Below are positions 24,875-37,710 of a stretch of 64,000 bases of DNA, in pieces. Origin of the DNA: Proteromonas lacertae. Taxonomy: Eukaryota. The stretch covers positions 1-64,000 of the forward strand of contig NGBS01000611.1 in the NCBI GenBank assembly GCA_002245135.1. Direction: 5' to 3'. How positions within the stretch are numbered: the stretch's first letter is position 1; the number at the start of each line of letters is the position of its first letter. Under the pieces are notes generated by a model, which saw only the letters and a program-made list of their open reading frames with translations, was not told the origin of the DNA and did no database searches. The position numbers and the translations under genes are program-made.

Positions 24875-26989
24875 ATGAGTAGTATCGATAATAATATTGA
24901 TTGGTCGAACAATAATGTAGAGTTTGAAGGTTTTAATACTGGTGATGGGTATATATTTTTTAATAGTTATTCTTGTAGAATAATATTGGATTTAGTAACA
25001 TCTGGATATAGTGATATTAAATTTATAGTTGGTGAAAATGAAGTTCAAGCAGTTAAATCCATAATATGTATTAGGAATGAAGATCTTAAATCAATAATAA
25101 ATGAAAAATATCATTTAGGTCCAATAGAATTAGATGAAAGAGTAACAGAAAATGGATTTATAGAATTACTGAGATTCTATGGTGGAGGAATTGTAGTAAT
25201 AAATTCCTACAATGTAATTGATATATTAATTGTATGTTTGATTTATCATGTGGATATATTACTTGAAGCAGCAGAAAAGTATTTATCATTAATTCATTTA
25301 TAGTTATATATACAACCATTTCACTAATGATATGTTATTATCACTTATGTCATATATTTCATTCTTCAAAGGGTTAGAAAACTCTCAATTATATACATTA
25401 GTAAATACAACACTACAATATAGTAATTCATATATCATTAATTCAAGTATTTTATTCCAATTATATTAAATAGATAATTTGTTTAGTTTAAGTGCAGATT
25501 CATTAAAATACATCCTCTCAATTCCAAATCTATTATTTGAGAGTGAAAGTCGTTTGTTGTGTAGAATATTTGATTATTATAATCGAAATATAAAAGTGAA
25601 TGAAAAAGATGAAAATACAATGAAATCATTCAAATCAATATTAAATTTAGTTTCTTATAAATCAATAGATTTGTTAGAAATCCCAGCAGAATATCAACAG
25701 TTATTATTTAAATATGGCAAGTATTTTAATTTAAATAAAGAAAATGAAATTAAAAGAATATATATGAGTATAATTTAATTCATATTTATTATTTTGTTAT
25801 AGAGATTTTAGATGTAAAGAATATTCTATTAAACACAATATTATTGGAATGGTATATAAATAACGATCCATATTTATTATTATCTGAAGAAAGAAAGAGT
25901 TTATTACATAATATCGAGTTTACAGAAGATATAGGAATAATATTAAAAGGTGAAGAAATAAAATACAAAATAATGGTATTAATAATGATAATAGATTTGA
26001 ATATAACCTTTGATATATCCAAATATTCTCGTGTTTCGTTGGAATTAATAAATACTTATAAAAGTATATCTTCAGATTCAAATGATATGAAAGATGCAAT
26101 CTGTAAGTGTTTAACATTATTCACAAAAGATAAACAATCCAATGCAATTATCCTAAAGACAAAAGATAAAGAATTAATCTCAAAAATTAATGAATATCAA
26201 TCAATCACATCAAAGACTGATTTTGATACAACTGTTGAAGATATTAAAACAACACAAATATCATTAAAATGTATATCATCATCTCCAGCCAATAATAATA
26301 ATAAGATAGCTATACCATCTCCACCAAAACAATCACGATTATCAATAACTTCAACAACTTCACCATCTGTAAGAAGACATAGTGCAATGTATATGATGAG
26401 AAGTCCAAGGTTGTTTAGAGATAATAATAATGATATGGTTATGCCTAAAGGTAGTAATAGTGGTTTTACTATGAAATCACCAAGATTGTCAAACCCATTG
26501 TTTGATAATACTAGGTTTTATGCTTGTATTATTACATCACCAAAATATGATAGACAATCTCATTATATTAGATTATATGACAATAGTAAATACTCTATAT
26601 TTAAATTGACTTATAAAATAACTGGTGAAAAGAAAGTGGAGATTAAATATAAACATAAATATACTGAATTTAATAACTTCATTGCTATTTTCTTTAGTGT
26701 TGATAGTTATATATGTGAATGGAAAGGTGAGAATATTTATACATTTTATAATGAAAGTGATGAATATTTTACTTGTAATAATGGTGGATCTGTTACTCAA
26801 TTGAATAATATTCCACAGATTAAATCAGATTCAACATATCATGTTGTATATAAGAATAAATCAATTTCCATCAGTGTTAATGATGGTGAAATGATTCAGT
26901 TGTTTAGTAATATTGATGTTCCTGTATGTCCATGTATTTCATTGGATAATTATAGTTCGATTGAGTTAATGTCTATAACCGAAGAGTAA
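24875..26989 (+). CDS. BTB/POZ (+BACK-like) domain protein with beta-rich C-terminal domain
   Basis: YSDIKFIVGENEVQAVKSIICIRN...FIELLRFYGG...NVIDIL (BTB); FSLSADSLKYIL...ESESRL (BACK-like). Several short introns. Confidence 0.7.
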
Positions 26990-27117
26990 ATATTTTTATT
27001 TTTGTTATTATTTGTTTGCAATACCAAATAATTTAATTATATATATATATATTTGAATTTTAAAACAATGTAAATAATAATAAGAAATGATATTTATTTT
27101 TTATTAACTTACATAAT

Positions 27118-28526
27118 TTATTCTGCTGGAGCTTCTTCTGGTGCTGGTGCTTCCTCTGCTGGTGCTTCTTCTGTTGGAGCTTCTGCTGCTGGTTCTTCAG
27201 CTGGTGCTTCCTCTGCTGGTGCTTCTTCAGCTGCTGGTTCTACTGGAGCTGGAGCTTCTTCTGCTGGAGCTTCTTCTGCTGGTTCTTCTGTTGCTGGAGC
27301 TTCTTCTGTTGCTGGAGCTTCTTCTGTTGCTGGAGCTTCTTCTGGTGCTGGTTCTTCTGTTGCTGGAGCTTCTTCTGCTGCTGGAGCTTCTTCTGCTGCT
27401 GGAGCTTCTTCTGCTGGTTGTTCCTCAGCTGGTGCTGGTTCTTCTGTTGCTGGAGCTTCCTCTGCTGGAGCTGGTTCTTCTGTTGCTGGAGCTTCTTCTG
27501 CTGCTGGTTGTTCTTCAGCTGGTGCTGGTTGTTCTTCAGCTGGTGCTGGTTGTTCTTCAGCTGGTGCTGGTTGTTCTTCAGCTGGTGCTGGTTGTTCTTC
27601 AGCTGGTGCTGGTTGTTCCTCTGCTGGAGCTGGTTCTTCTGTTGCTGGAGCTGGTTCTTCTGTTGCTGGAGCTTCTTCTGCTGCTGGTTGTTCTTCAGCT
27701 GGTGCTGGTTGTTCTTCAGCTGGTGCTGGTTGTTCTTCAGCTGGTGCTGGTTCTTCTGTTGCTGGAGCTTCCTCTGCTGGTGCTTCCTCTGCTGCTGGTG
27801 CTTCCTCTGCTGCTGGTGCTTCCTCTGCTGGTGCTGGTGCTTCCTCTGCTGGTGCTGGAGCTTCTTCTACTGGAGCTGGTGTTTCTTCAGCACCGTAGGA
27901 TGGTTGTGTTGATCTGTTGCATTGTATACATTGGAAATTACCTTGATATTTATAATAATTACTACCTCCTTCAATTGGATTTCCACAATAGTGACATTTG
28001 AAACAGTCTGGATGGATTTGACTACCATCACTTAACTTTACAATATTAGTTTCTATTGGTTTATTACATATTGAACACTTTGGAGCATAATGTTCGCAAT
28101 AATGTACTTTACAATAGAAAATTGGTGTATCTGGGTTGAAATCTGGTGGTTTGTAATATATACCTTCACTAAATTCAGCACCACAGTCATTACATTTGAA
28201 ACATTTCTTGTGATATGTTACACCATCTGCTAATGAATATACTCCCATTATAGCTTCGTGACATACACCACACTTTGGAGCAACTTGATCGCAGTAATGT
28301 TTCACACAATATCTTTTGCCCTATTTAATAAAGGATACTATTCATACATCATGCAAATATGATTGTTTCCCTCCTAATTCTTCTCCGTCTACTTCACATA
28401 CAAAGCATTCTGGATGGTATCGATCTTCACCGCACTTAACTCCAGTCTCGGTAATAACTTTATTGCATAATACACAGATGTCTATAAATATTGATATTAA
28501 AACAATATAATATAAATACCTGCCAT
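27118..28526 (-). CDS. Triple-LIM-domain protein with long Glu/Ala/Pro-rich repetitive tail
   Basis: Three CxxC...HxxCFxC LIM motifs (first in a 5' exon: ICVLC...YHPECFVC); two introns; about 255 aa of EEAPA/EEQPA repeats. Confidence 0.85.
27121..27890 (-). repeat. Coding minisatellite of 15-21 bp units encoding (A/T/P)EE(A/Q)PA
   Basis: Tandem gctggtgctggttgttcttca and gctggagcttcttctg units on the + strand. Confidence 0.9.
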
Positions 28527-28738
28527 TCTTTTAATCAAAATAAGAAAAACGAAAGTTCGGTAAGCAGATTTATGTAACGATATTTTCGGGTCTAACTGTC
28601 ATTTCTGTTTAAAGAAAAAAAGTAACCACTTGAAAATTTAAAAAACACACCCATTTACAACATTTTGAAATAAAAGAACAAAATTATAATAAAATATCAA
28701 ATTTAACAATTCAATCACACAAAAATGAAAAAGTAATT

Positions 28739-29678
28739 CTACTTATCAACTTCATCATAATCTATTTTAAAAATATACAATAATAAATCAATATACATCC
28801 ATCTAAGAACCTTTTAATAATATCTTCATTAAGTAATTCATCAGCACTTGGTCTCATTCTTGGATTAAATTCTAACAGTCTGGCACATATATTTCTAATT
28901 GCTGGATTATAAATACTTGGAAATGAAACATTCGGTATCATTGAACCTCTGTGCTCTGTACACAAAACCATAGTATCAGTAAATGCAAATGAATGTGTAC
29001 ACATCACATACAATATACAGCCTAATGAAAACATATCAACTTTATTGTCATATGATTCATGTCTCATTATTTCAGGTGCTATATAATACTTTGAACCAAC
29101 AGATGATGTAGCAGTAGGATCTAGATTATCAACAACCTTAGAAAATCCAAAATCGCCAATGGCACAACGATTGTAATTGTCTATAAATATATTTTCTGGT
29201 TTTAAATCTCTATGAATGCAGTTTTTACTGTGAAGAAATGATAATCCATTTAATATATCAGTTAAAATACGTACTACAGCCTATTACATATGTAAATAAT
29301 GTTATATACATGTTCTGTCAACCATAATCTTCGTGTTTTACAACTATTAATTCTGTCTAACAAATCACCTTTTGCATAATATTTCATAACTAGTCGAATT
29401 TCACGGCCATGGATATATGCTTCTTTTAATTTTGCTATATTCGGATGTTCTCTGAACTTACCAAGTGTTGATGCCTATTATTATTACGAAATTATATTTT
29501 TATAATATAATAATACTTCTTCACGAGTTCTACGAAAATCATCATCTGTAAGTCTTGTTAAATCTACTATTTTCATTGCATATATTTTTGTCATTCCACT
29601 CGATGTTCTAAGCTGTACTTTATGTACTATTCCATAACTACCTTGACCCAATTGCTCTAATATTTGATATTCACTCAT
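28739..29678 (-). CDS. NEK/NIMA-like Ser/Thr kinase (kinase domain only)
   Basis: LGQGSYG, YAMK, HRDLKPENIF, GDFGFS, YIAPE, VDMFSLGC. Three introns, including 29281-29309 and 28762-28796. Confidence 0.85.
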
Positions 29679-29805
29679 AATTTTTAAAATGCAAAAAAAA
29701 TCAAGCTGAAAACTTGTGCTATTTTGAAACGTATATATTTTATAAATTAGAGAATAAAGCGTTTAAGACATTATTAACTTGAATTGAATATCAAAATCAC
29801 AAAAT

Positions 29806-30335
29806 ATGATTTTTGTTGATCCAGAGGATAGAAATGTAGGGTATCTTGAACCGAATATCACTTCAAACCTTGTTGTTAAGAAGTATCATACAGCTTTATA
29901 TAGATTAATGGGATTTGAAACTGTATTAATGATAATATTATATTTAATAATAGATTCTACTCACTGTATTGTTATTCACAGATACTTTAGCACTTATCCC
30001 ATCCTTAACAGTTTGTATTGGTCAGTATGTTATTTTACACTTGTTATATAAAGATATGGCGTTATTCTTTCACATTATGGTATTTAAATTATTATTACAT
30101 TCAATATTAGGCTGCACTGTTATCAGCTTTTAGAGTGTGCATTTACATAACTTTGATAATAGTGCATATTGTTGAAATGGTGAAGAATAAACTACCCAAA
30201 CAAACATTGCAATTAATATATATTTCTGTTGGTATAGAATCATTGTGTATAATAGTGTGTTTATATTCGACATGGAAAAATTACAAATTATACATTTTTC
30301 AAAAGAATACAGAATATGTGCCACTTGAAACTTAG
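29806..30335 (+). CDS. Small multi-TM hypothetical protein
   Basis: Spliced hydrophobic ORF with short GT-AG introns, ending ...EYVPLET. Confidence 0.45.
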
Positions 30336-30420
30336 GATATTTATTTTTGTATATTTTTTATTCTTTTTGTAATATTTAAAAAAACAAAATAATTTATATT
30401 TCATAATATTTATATTCTAT

Positions 30421-31296
30421 TTATTTTGGTACTTCATCATAACATCCATTCAAATACTTTCTAATAATAGGTCTTTGTAATACTTCATCAGCAGAAGGTC
30501 GATTTTGTGGATTATATTCCAACAAATCTTTACAAATATCTCTCAACTTCATATCATATATATCAGGGAAGGCTACATCAGGTATCATTGATCCTCTATG
30601 ATCTGAATATAATACAGTAACATCAGGAATAGCTTGAGTATGTGTACAAAGGACAAATAAAATACAACCTAAAGAAAACATATCTACTTTATTATCATAT
30701 TGTATATGTCTCACTATTTCAGGAGCTACATAATATAAGGATCCTACTAGTGACATTGCCATATGATCTGCACTTTCTACTATTTTTGATAAACCAAAAT
30801 CACCTATTACACATCTGTTGAAATTATCTATAAATATGTTTTCTGGTTTTAAATCTCTGTGAATACAGTTATGTTCATGTAAATAACTTAAACCAGTTAA
30901 TATATCTGTTAATATTCTTAATACAGCTTGCTCAGTAAACCACTTTCCTCTTGTTTTTAGATGATTTATTTTTTCTAAAAGATCACCCTTTGTATAATAT
31001 TTCATTACAACTCGTAATTCTTCATGGTCAGTGTTTACATTATAAGCATCAACAATCTTTGAAATATTTGGATGATCTCTAAATTTGCTTAATATTTTTA
31101 TCTAATAAATACATATTTCAATTTAATATACTTCTTCATTGGTTTTTATTCTCATTTCTTGACTTAAAGCTGACATATTTATTATTTTCATCGCATAAGT
31201 CTTTAGTTGTGTAGTATTTTTGTACTTTCGTTGTACTTTATAGACAGTACCGTAATTACCTTTCTGAATTTCTTCTAATATTTGATATTCTTCCAT
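30421..31296 (-). CDS. NEK/NIMA-like Ser/Thr kinase (paralog of 28739-29678)
   Basis: IQKGNYG, YAMK, HRDLKPENIF, GDFGLS, YVAPE; shares the HRGSMIP motif with its paralog. One intron near 31102-31131. Confidence 0.85.
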
Positions 31297-31417
31297 TTTA
31301 AAGCAAAATTAAAAAGTGAAGATCAAACAATCGGCTTGATTTGTTTATGTTTTTTAATTCTGTTAAAACGGAAATAAAGAACTAAATCAGAATAAATTAT
31401 GTTAAAAATATCTACAT

Positions 31418-32959
31418 TTATTCATCTTTTTCACTTTCAACCTCTACATCATCCAAGGCAGCTAGATCAAAATTATCAGCAGGAAATCTATATTTCTTTT
31501 CACTTGTAGCTTCTGCTTCCTTATTCTCTGATATTTTCTCATTCCATTCTTTCTCAGCCTTACTTAATTTCTTCAACTGTTTCTTTGCTATTGATACTTT
31601 TTCTTTTTCTAACTGTAATTGTTCTTTTTGAATTCTCATCTTATCACTCAACATTCTTCTTTCATTCTCTTCTTTTTCTATTTCATATTTTGACATTGTC
31701 TCATGTAATTCTTTTTCTTTCTCTTTTAATAGTTTCTTCTGAGATCTTATTAACCTTTCTCTCCTTTTTAGTTTTTCTTCACTTTTATTCAATTTTGCAT
31801 GCTTTATTTCAATATTCATTTGTTCATTCTCTAGATATGTTTGTGCTTCTGGTGGTAATTTCTTCTATGAATATATATGAATATATAAAAAATATATAAA
31901 ATATACTTTTAATTCATCATCTTCATCATCATAATCAACTTCTGGTTTAAGACTTCCACTATTATAATCATTATTTGATTTTGACGTATTTGTATTTGAA
32001 TGAACTGATGTATGAGTATTACTACTTTCATCAAATTCATTAGACGAAGATATTTCATCATTTACTTGTTGTTGTTGTTGTGGAGATTGTGATTGTTTTG
32101 GTTCATCTTTCAATAATTCTTCATCTATTTCATCATCTATATCATTATTATCATTTTGATTGGCTTGAGTTTGACTTGGTTTATTGGATATTGCTGAAGA
32201 ATTAAAAGATGGTGATGATAATGATTGTTGAGTTTGTGATGGTATTTGTGAAGTTGCTGTTGCTGTTGGAGATGCTGGTTGTGATTTAGAAGGAGATTTA
32301 TTGTTATTATTTTGTTGTTGTTGTTGTTGTTGAAGTTTATATAATTGTTGTTGTAATTGATGAATTTCTTTAATATATTGTTTATTTTCAGTTTCTAATC
32401 TATTTATTTGACTGAATCTTGGATCAAATTTGAGTGATCTGATTTCTTCTTTTGCTTCTTGTAATGAATATCTCAAATTCACTATTTGTGATCTTAATTT
32501 TGATATTATTGAACCATAATATCCATCATCTGGTTGACCTGGTGGATGCATGTTATTATCTATTTCTTGTCTTATTTCTGCTTGTGTCAGAGATTCTACC
32601 CACAAATTTCTTGCTTGTGTGAGCTTTAGTTGTTCTTTTAAGTGATTATTTTCTTGTTTCAGTGATATTATTCTTTGATACATTTCTTCAGGTTCTAGTC
32701 GAAATTTTGGTCGATCTAACCTCGATTTACTATTCAGAATAACATAGGATAAATACTTTATATCGCCATCCATATAAGGACTGGGTTTGGCTGATACAGA
32801 TCGAATTCTTCTAGGACTTCTAGCTGAACTACACTTTGCTATATACAATAAACAGGATAATCTAATACATGATGCTCTACTGTGAGTTCTACTACTGCCT
32901 TTAGGTTTCATAGGAACATATCTAACAGGAGATGAAGAAAATTCATCTAAAAAATTCAT
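31418..32959 (-). CDS. Coiled-coil, Q/S/N-rich hypothetical protein
   Basis: ORFs 31865-32959 and 31418-31819 are linked by a GT-AG intron near 31865-31906. Confidence 0.55.
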
Positions 32960-33079
32960 CTAAATAAAAATTGAAAAAAAACTGTTTTAAATGGAGCGAA
33001 AAAAAGAATTTTCAATAACCACAAAAGTAAAAAAAACTAAAAAAACAATGCAAATATATTAATTTAAGTATTTACTTAT

Positions 33080-33699
33080 CTATTTATTATTACTATTGTT
33101 AAAGTCATTAAAATCAGAAAAAGCTGTAGTTCCTGGCGTTCTAATTGAATCACTAGGTGAAGTTCCAAGCAAATAACTAGCAGCAGGTGGTGAAGAAGGA
33201 GGAAAATTAATAGTCAAAAGAGAAGGATCAAAAGGAGTAGCATAAGGCAATATAGAACTCATATTTTCATACTAATTATAATAAATAAATGTTTTATATA
33301 ATATATATACAGAGTTATTTTGTGGTATAGGTGTATGTGGAATTGGTTTTGATATAATTGGTGGAGTATGAAGTGGAGAAATTGATGGAAGACTATTGCT
33401 ATTATTATTATTATTATTATTATTAGAGATAGAAATGGAATGAATAAACTGTTGAAGATTATTATCTTGTTGTGTGTTATTATTATTATTATTATTATTT
33501 GGTATAGGAAGTGGTAAAGGAGGTGGTGGTATTTGTTGTTGCTGCTGTAAAGATGTATGAAATGACTGTAATTGTAACTGAGGAGGAATATTAGAAGATG
33601 ATTGCTGTTGATTATTATTAAGTAAATGTCTTTGATGGATTTTTTGTTTATATTTTATTGATTTTGTTATGTGTAATGTATATACTTTTGAAGATAGTG

Positions 33700-33750
<51 letters not shown>

Positions 33751-34472
33751 GCATTTGCCTTTTTATTTTTCTTTGAATGTGTTTTTCTCTCAATTTCTGT
33801 TTAGTTGTTGCTTGATTTTCATTATATTCATTTTTCATTTTTTCATTTTCTATGTTATTACTACTATCTATTGCTATTATTATTATTATCTACAGTAGTT
33901 GATGGTTGAGGATCATTATCTTTTATTTTATTTAAACAGTCCAAAATATGTGAATAAGCCGTTTGTAATATACTTACTTTATCACTCTTTGGTAGTTTTC
34001 CTCTTTTCTCTTCTAACTCTTTCTTTATTTCTAATATTAGGTTTTTGATTGTGGTGGTCCTTCGTCTTTCTATTGCTTTGTGTGTTTCTTTTGATTCTTC
34101 TTTTGTTCTTTTTCTATTACTATAATAAAGAATAATTATACTTCTTTGTTTGAGGAGTCTGTCTTATTACTGGCTGAGGGATAGGTTGCGGTGATAATTG
34201 CATAAGTTGATTTGTTTGATACTGTAAAAGCTAAAGTATAAAAAGATTAAAATAGAACAGAATATACCTCAGTAGTACTGGGGTTTCTAGATAATGAGAA
34301 TATTTGCCTTGGAAATAAAGACAAAGAATCGTTAAAATCCTGATATTGAGTTAAATCGGCTAAAGAATAAAAATTAAATGATACCAAGATTTGATGATGA
34401 TGTATTGAAGTAATGGCCATTCACAAAAGTTGGTGAAAGCTGAAAATTCGGGGTGACTGGCGTGTTATTCAT
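33080..34472 (-). CDS. bHLH transcription factor with polyQ/polyN tracts
   Basis: The exon at 33940-34120 encodes THKAIERRRTTTIKNLILEIKKEL...KSDKVSILQTAYSHIL. Several short introns. Confidence 0.75.
33701..33752 (-). repeat. (CAA)n microsatellite encoding polyQ
   Basis: Uninterrupted (ttg)n run on the + strand. Confidence 0.9.
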
Positions 34473-34606
34473 TAAAAAAAAACAATCCTAAAATTATAAC
34501 CGTTTCAGTTTCTGTTATATTTTTATTTTATTTTTATCTCCCTCAGAAAAACAATTTCAACTATCATACACTTCATGAAAAATGTTATAATGTAATACAA
34601 TTTCAT

Positions 34607-37600
34607 CTATAAAGATACACCAGTATCAGTTCTAGGAATTTGAAATTCAACATTGTTATTTCTGAAAACTTTACATGAGTATTTACCACTCAATGTATTA
34701 ATAATTATTTCCATCAAATCTTTCACATTTGTCTTATCATCAACAATTAAATCAGCATCTTTGTTCTTTCCATCAACATCAACTCTAATAACAGGTACAA
34801 ATGGATGTCCTGGTGCAGCAGGTAAATCACTATAAGCAACAATAACATTAACACCACCACTTGCAATACCAACTAAATTCTCAATCCAACTCTCAGTTAA
34901 ACTCTGCATGATATGGTATTTATTATTTCTATCGCTTAAAGGTACAGTTTCACCAAATAAACAGGTATTTTGTGGTTTAACTTCATGGAATATTTTCTCA
35001 TTATATTCTTTTGATTGAATATGACTGCTTTTCTCTGTTGTTACAATATACATTCCATTACCACCAGCAATTGTTGTTAACTCAATTAATAACTTAATAA
35101 TTGGTTCAGGAAGTGATTTGCTGTGCGTAAATATACCAATACCATAGTTACAAATATCAGTGGTTATTCTTTCAGGTTGTTTTAATTCAGATACTTTAGT
35201 TTTGAGATAATTCTCTACTTTTTCATAACATTTATCAATACCATGATCATTTTGAATTGAAGCTTGTCCATAATCATTAATATTCATATTTAAACCTTTC
35301 ATCTATTCAATAATAATAATAATTAATAATAAATATACGATTTTATCAAAATAAGCAATCAATGTCTTTTCACATCCATGTTCCAATAACAATGTATTTC
35401 TGACATTATTATGAGTTAAATGACCAATCATTACTCTGTCATATAACTTTAATCCATCAAATGGATGATCACCATAACCTTCACCACATCCTTCAGTATG
35501 AGGTAATGCAACAATTCGACTATAAATATCACTAATACGGTTATTAGTTGAAGATGATGAATTGGTCTTTTGTTTCTTTGGTGATTTTCTTTTCTTTTCT
35601 TCATTCTCTAACATAGTTTGGAGGTAAAAAAATAATAAATTAAAGAAAATAATAATAATATATATAAAAAAAATGATATCTTATTGGCATATTTCATAGA
35701 AACTTGTCCTGAACATAAACTAGTAGGTAATACTAAGAATATATTATCACCACCAACTATTTCTCTTTCAGGTAATTTAACACCATCAAATTTCAATGTT
35801 GTTGTATTCACTGATTCAGATATAGGATATGGTGAATGACTTGGTGGTTTTCTTTCCATTGTAACTTTATAATCATCTTTAGAGATATTATACCAATTCC
35901 TCCATATTTGAACCTATATTTATTAATAAATATTTATACTTGTGAATGACCTGCTATTTCTCCTTGTGTTTTTTCACCACTACATACTCTAATCAATCTC
36001 TCAAATGTTTCTTCAGTCAAAGTCTCCATACTCTTACCATCTAAATATTCACCAGCATTCACATCAATATCACCACTTAATAATTCATATCTACCTGTTG
36101 TAGTCATTAACTTAATAATCGGTACAAATGGATGATTAGTTACTGATCCATTTCCTGTACTGAATAAGATAATATTACATCCACTAGCTACTTGTCCAGC
36201 AACTGATTCAATATCATTACCAGGACTATCCATGAAATAATAACCTCTTTCTTTATTCTGACTTCCTTCACTATAATTCAAACAGTAATCTAATCGACAG
36301 CATTCTGGTTTCTTCATTGCTGCACCTAATGATTTGATTGTAATGTTATATAAACCTCTATAGAAGTTTCCACCACTTGGATTACTTTGTGCACTCATTC
36401 CATGATTACCTGCCCATTCATCATAATGGGATTGTAACTGTAAAAAACTCTTTGCAGTTTCTAAATCTTTGACTTTATCTAATATATAACTACCTGCTCC
36501 TATTAATTCATCTGTTTCTGCTAAGATTCCTTTTCCACCTTGTTTGATTATCTTTGCTGCAATATTACCTTGTAATGGATTGGCACTTATTCCACTAAAT
36601 GCATCACTTCCTCCACATTGTAATGCGACGGTTAAATCAGAGAGTGGACATGGTTCTCTTTTGGAACGAGTAAATTGCTTTTTGAATTTATTTACCAGTT
36701 TTCTTCCTTCTTCGATTGTATCATCGAAATTTGGTTTTACTTCGATATATTCTGCTATTACTTTACTAATATCAATTCCTCTACCTGATATCTCTTTATC
36801 GATCATTTCTTTTGTTATGTGACATCTATACATACATAATTAAGAGAATTATATACGATGGTGAAGTTACAACTATAGCAGCACATGTATTTGGATGACA
36901 TATAAATCCAGCTATAGTTCTCAATAAGTAATCAATATTATGAGGAGTTGTATCACAATCATCTTCAGTATGTCTTATACAAGCCAAGCCGTCAAGATTC
37001 TTTGATTTGGCAAATGTATTACCAAATGAATTCACAATTGCTTGAGCATAGGGACCACAAACTGCATTCAAACCAATAACTACTATGAAACTCCTTGTTC
37101 CTACTCCTCTATTTCCTTCACGTTTATAACCGTCAAAGTAACGTAATTCTTTATCCAACGGTAATTGTTCTGCTGGTTTGAAATTCTTTTCATCTAACAC
37201 AAATTCGTCTATTCTATCATCAAAGTTGCATTCTGTTGGTAATTCAAGTGATGGATCAATTACTTCTATTGACATATAAATAATTATAACCACTATAAAT
37301 AGTAAATACTTAAAGCTTCTAATCCTCTTCGATTAATTAGATAATCACCTGGATGTAAATCAGTCAACGTTGTTCCAAATTCCAACCCCCATGAATATAC
37401 GTGTTTACCTTTTGGTATTTCTTCAATAGCAAATCTATGACCTAAACAACAAGTCTAAATTATCATTAAATAAACTAATTTGGTATAATTATTCAATAAA
37501 AAGATATATGTGAAATAGAAACAGTCTTCCCTTCTGGTAGTTCAATCTGTGTTCCTTTTTCTAAACGAACACATGCCACAGCACAATTGTCACCAGCCTT

Positions 37601-37642
37601 AGGAATTCGAGCAATATCATGAAACTTGAGAATCTTGGCCAT
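34607..37642 (-). CDS. UxaA/GarD-family altronate/galactarate dehydratase, extended form (SAF domain + GD_AH core + second degenerate GD_AH-like region)
   Basis: SAF GDNCAVA...HTCCLGHRFA; GVGTR; LQCGGSDAFSGISANP; NPSGGNFYRGLYNITIKSLGA; MDSPGNDIESVAGQVASGCNIILFSTGNG. A second ALPHTEGCG...EHGCEK repeat follows. Six introns. Confidence 0.85.
35624..35679 (-). other. U12-like AT-AC intron (56 nt)
   Basis: AAG|ATATCATTT...TTTTCTTTAAT...TTTTTAC|CTC. Removal joins YANK to LQTMLENEE in frame; no GT-AG alternative was seen. Confidence 0.75.
37455..37507 (-). other. U12-like AT-AG intron (53 nt)
   Basis: CAT|ATATCTTTT...TTTATTTAAT...TTTAG|ACT. Removal restores the SAF motif SH-TCCLGHRFA. Confidence 0.75.
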
Positions 37643-37710
37643 ATTCAATAAAATCTTTGATTTTATATTCTTCAGATTAGCTTGGCTTGATAATTATGAA
37701 AATTTAAAAA

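Noticed and set aside
27141..28001. Leu/Val-rich and Trp/Cys/Phe-rich ORFs on the + strand
   Set aside because: Antisense shadows of the EEAPA coding repeat.
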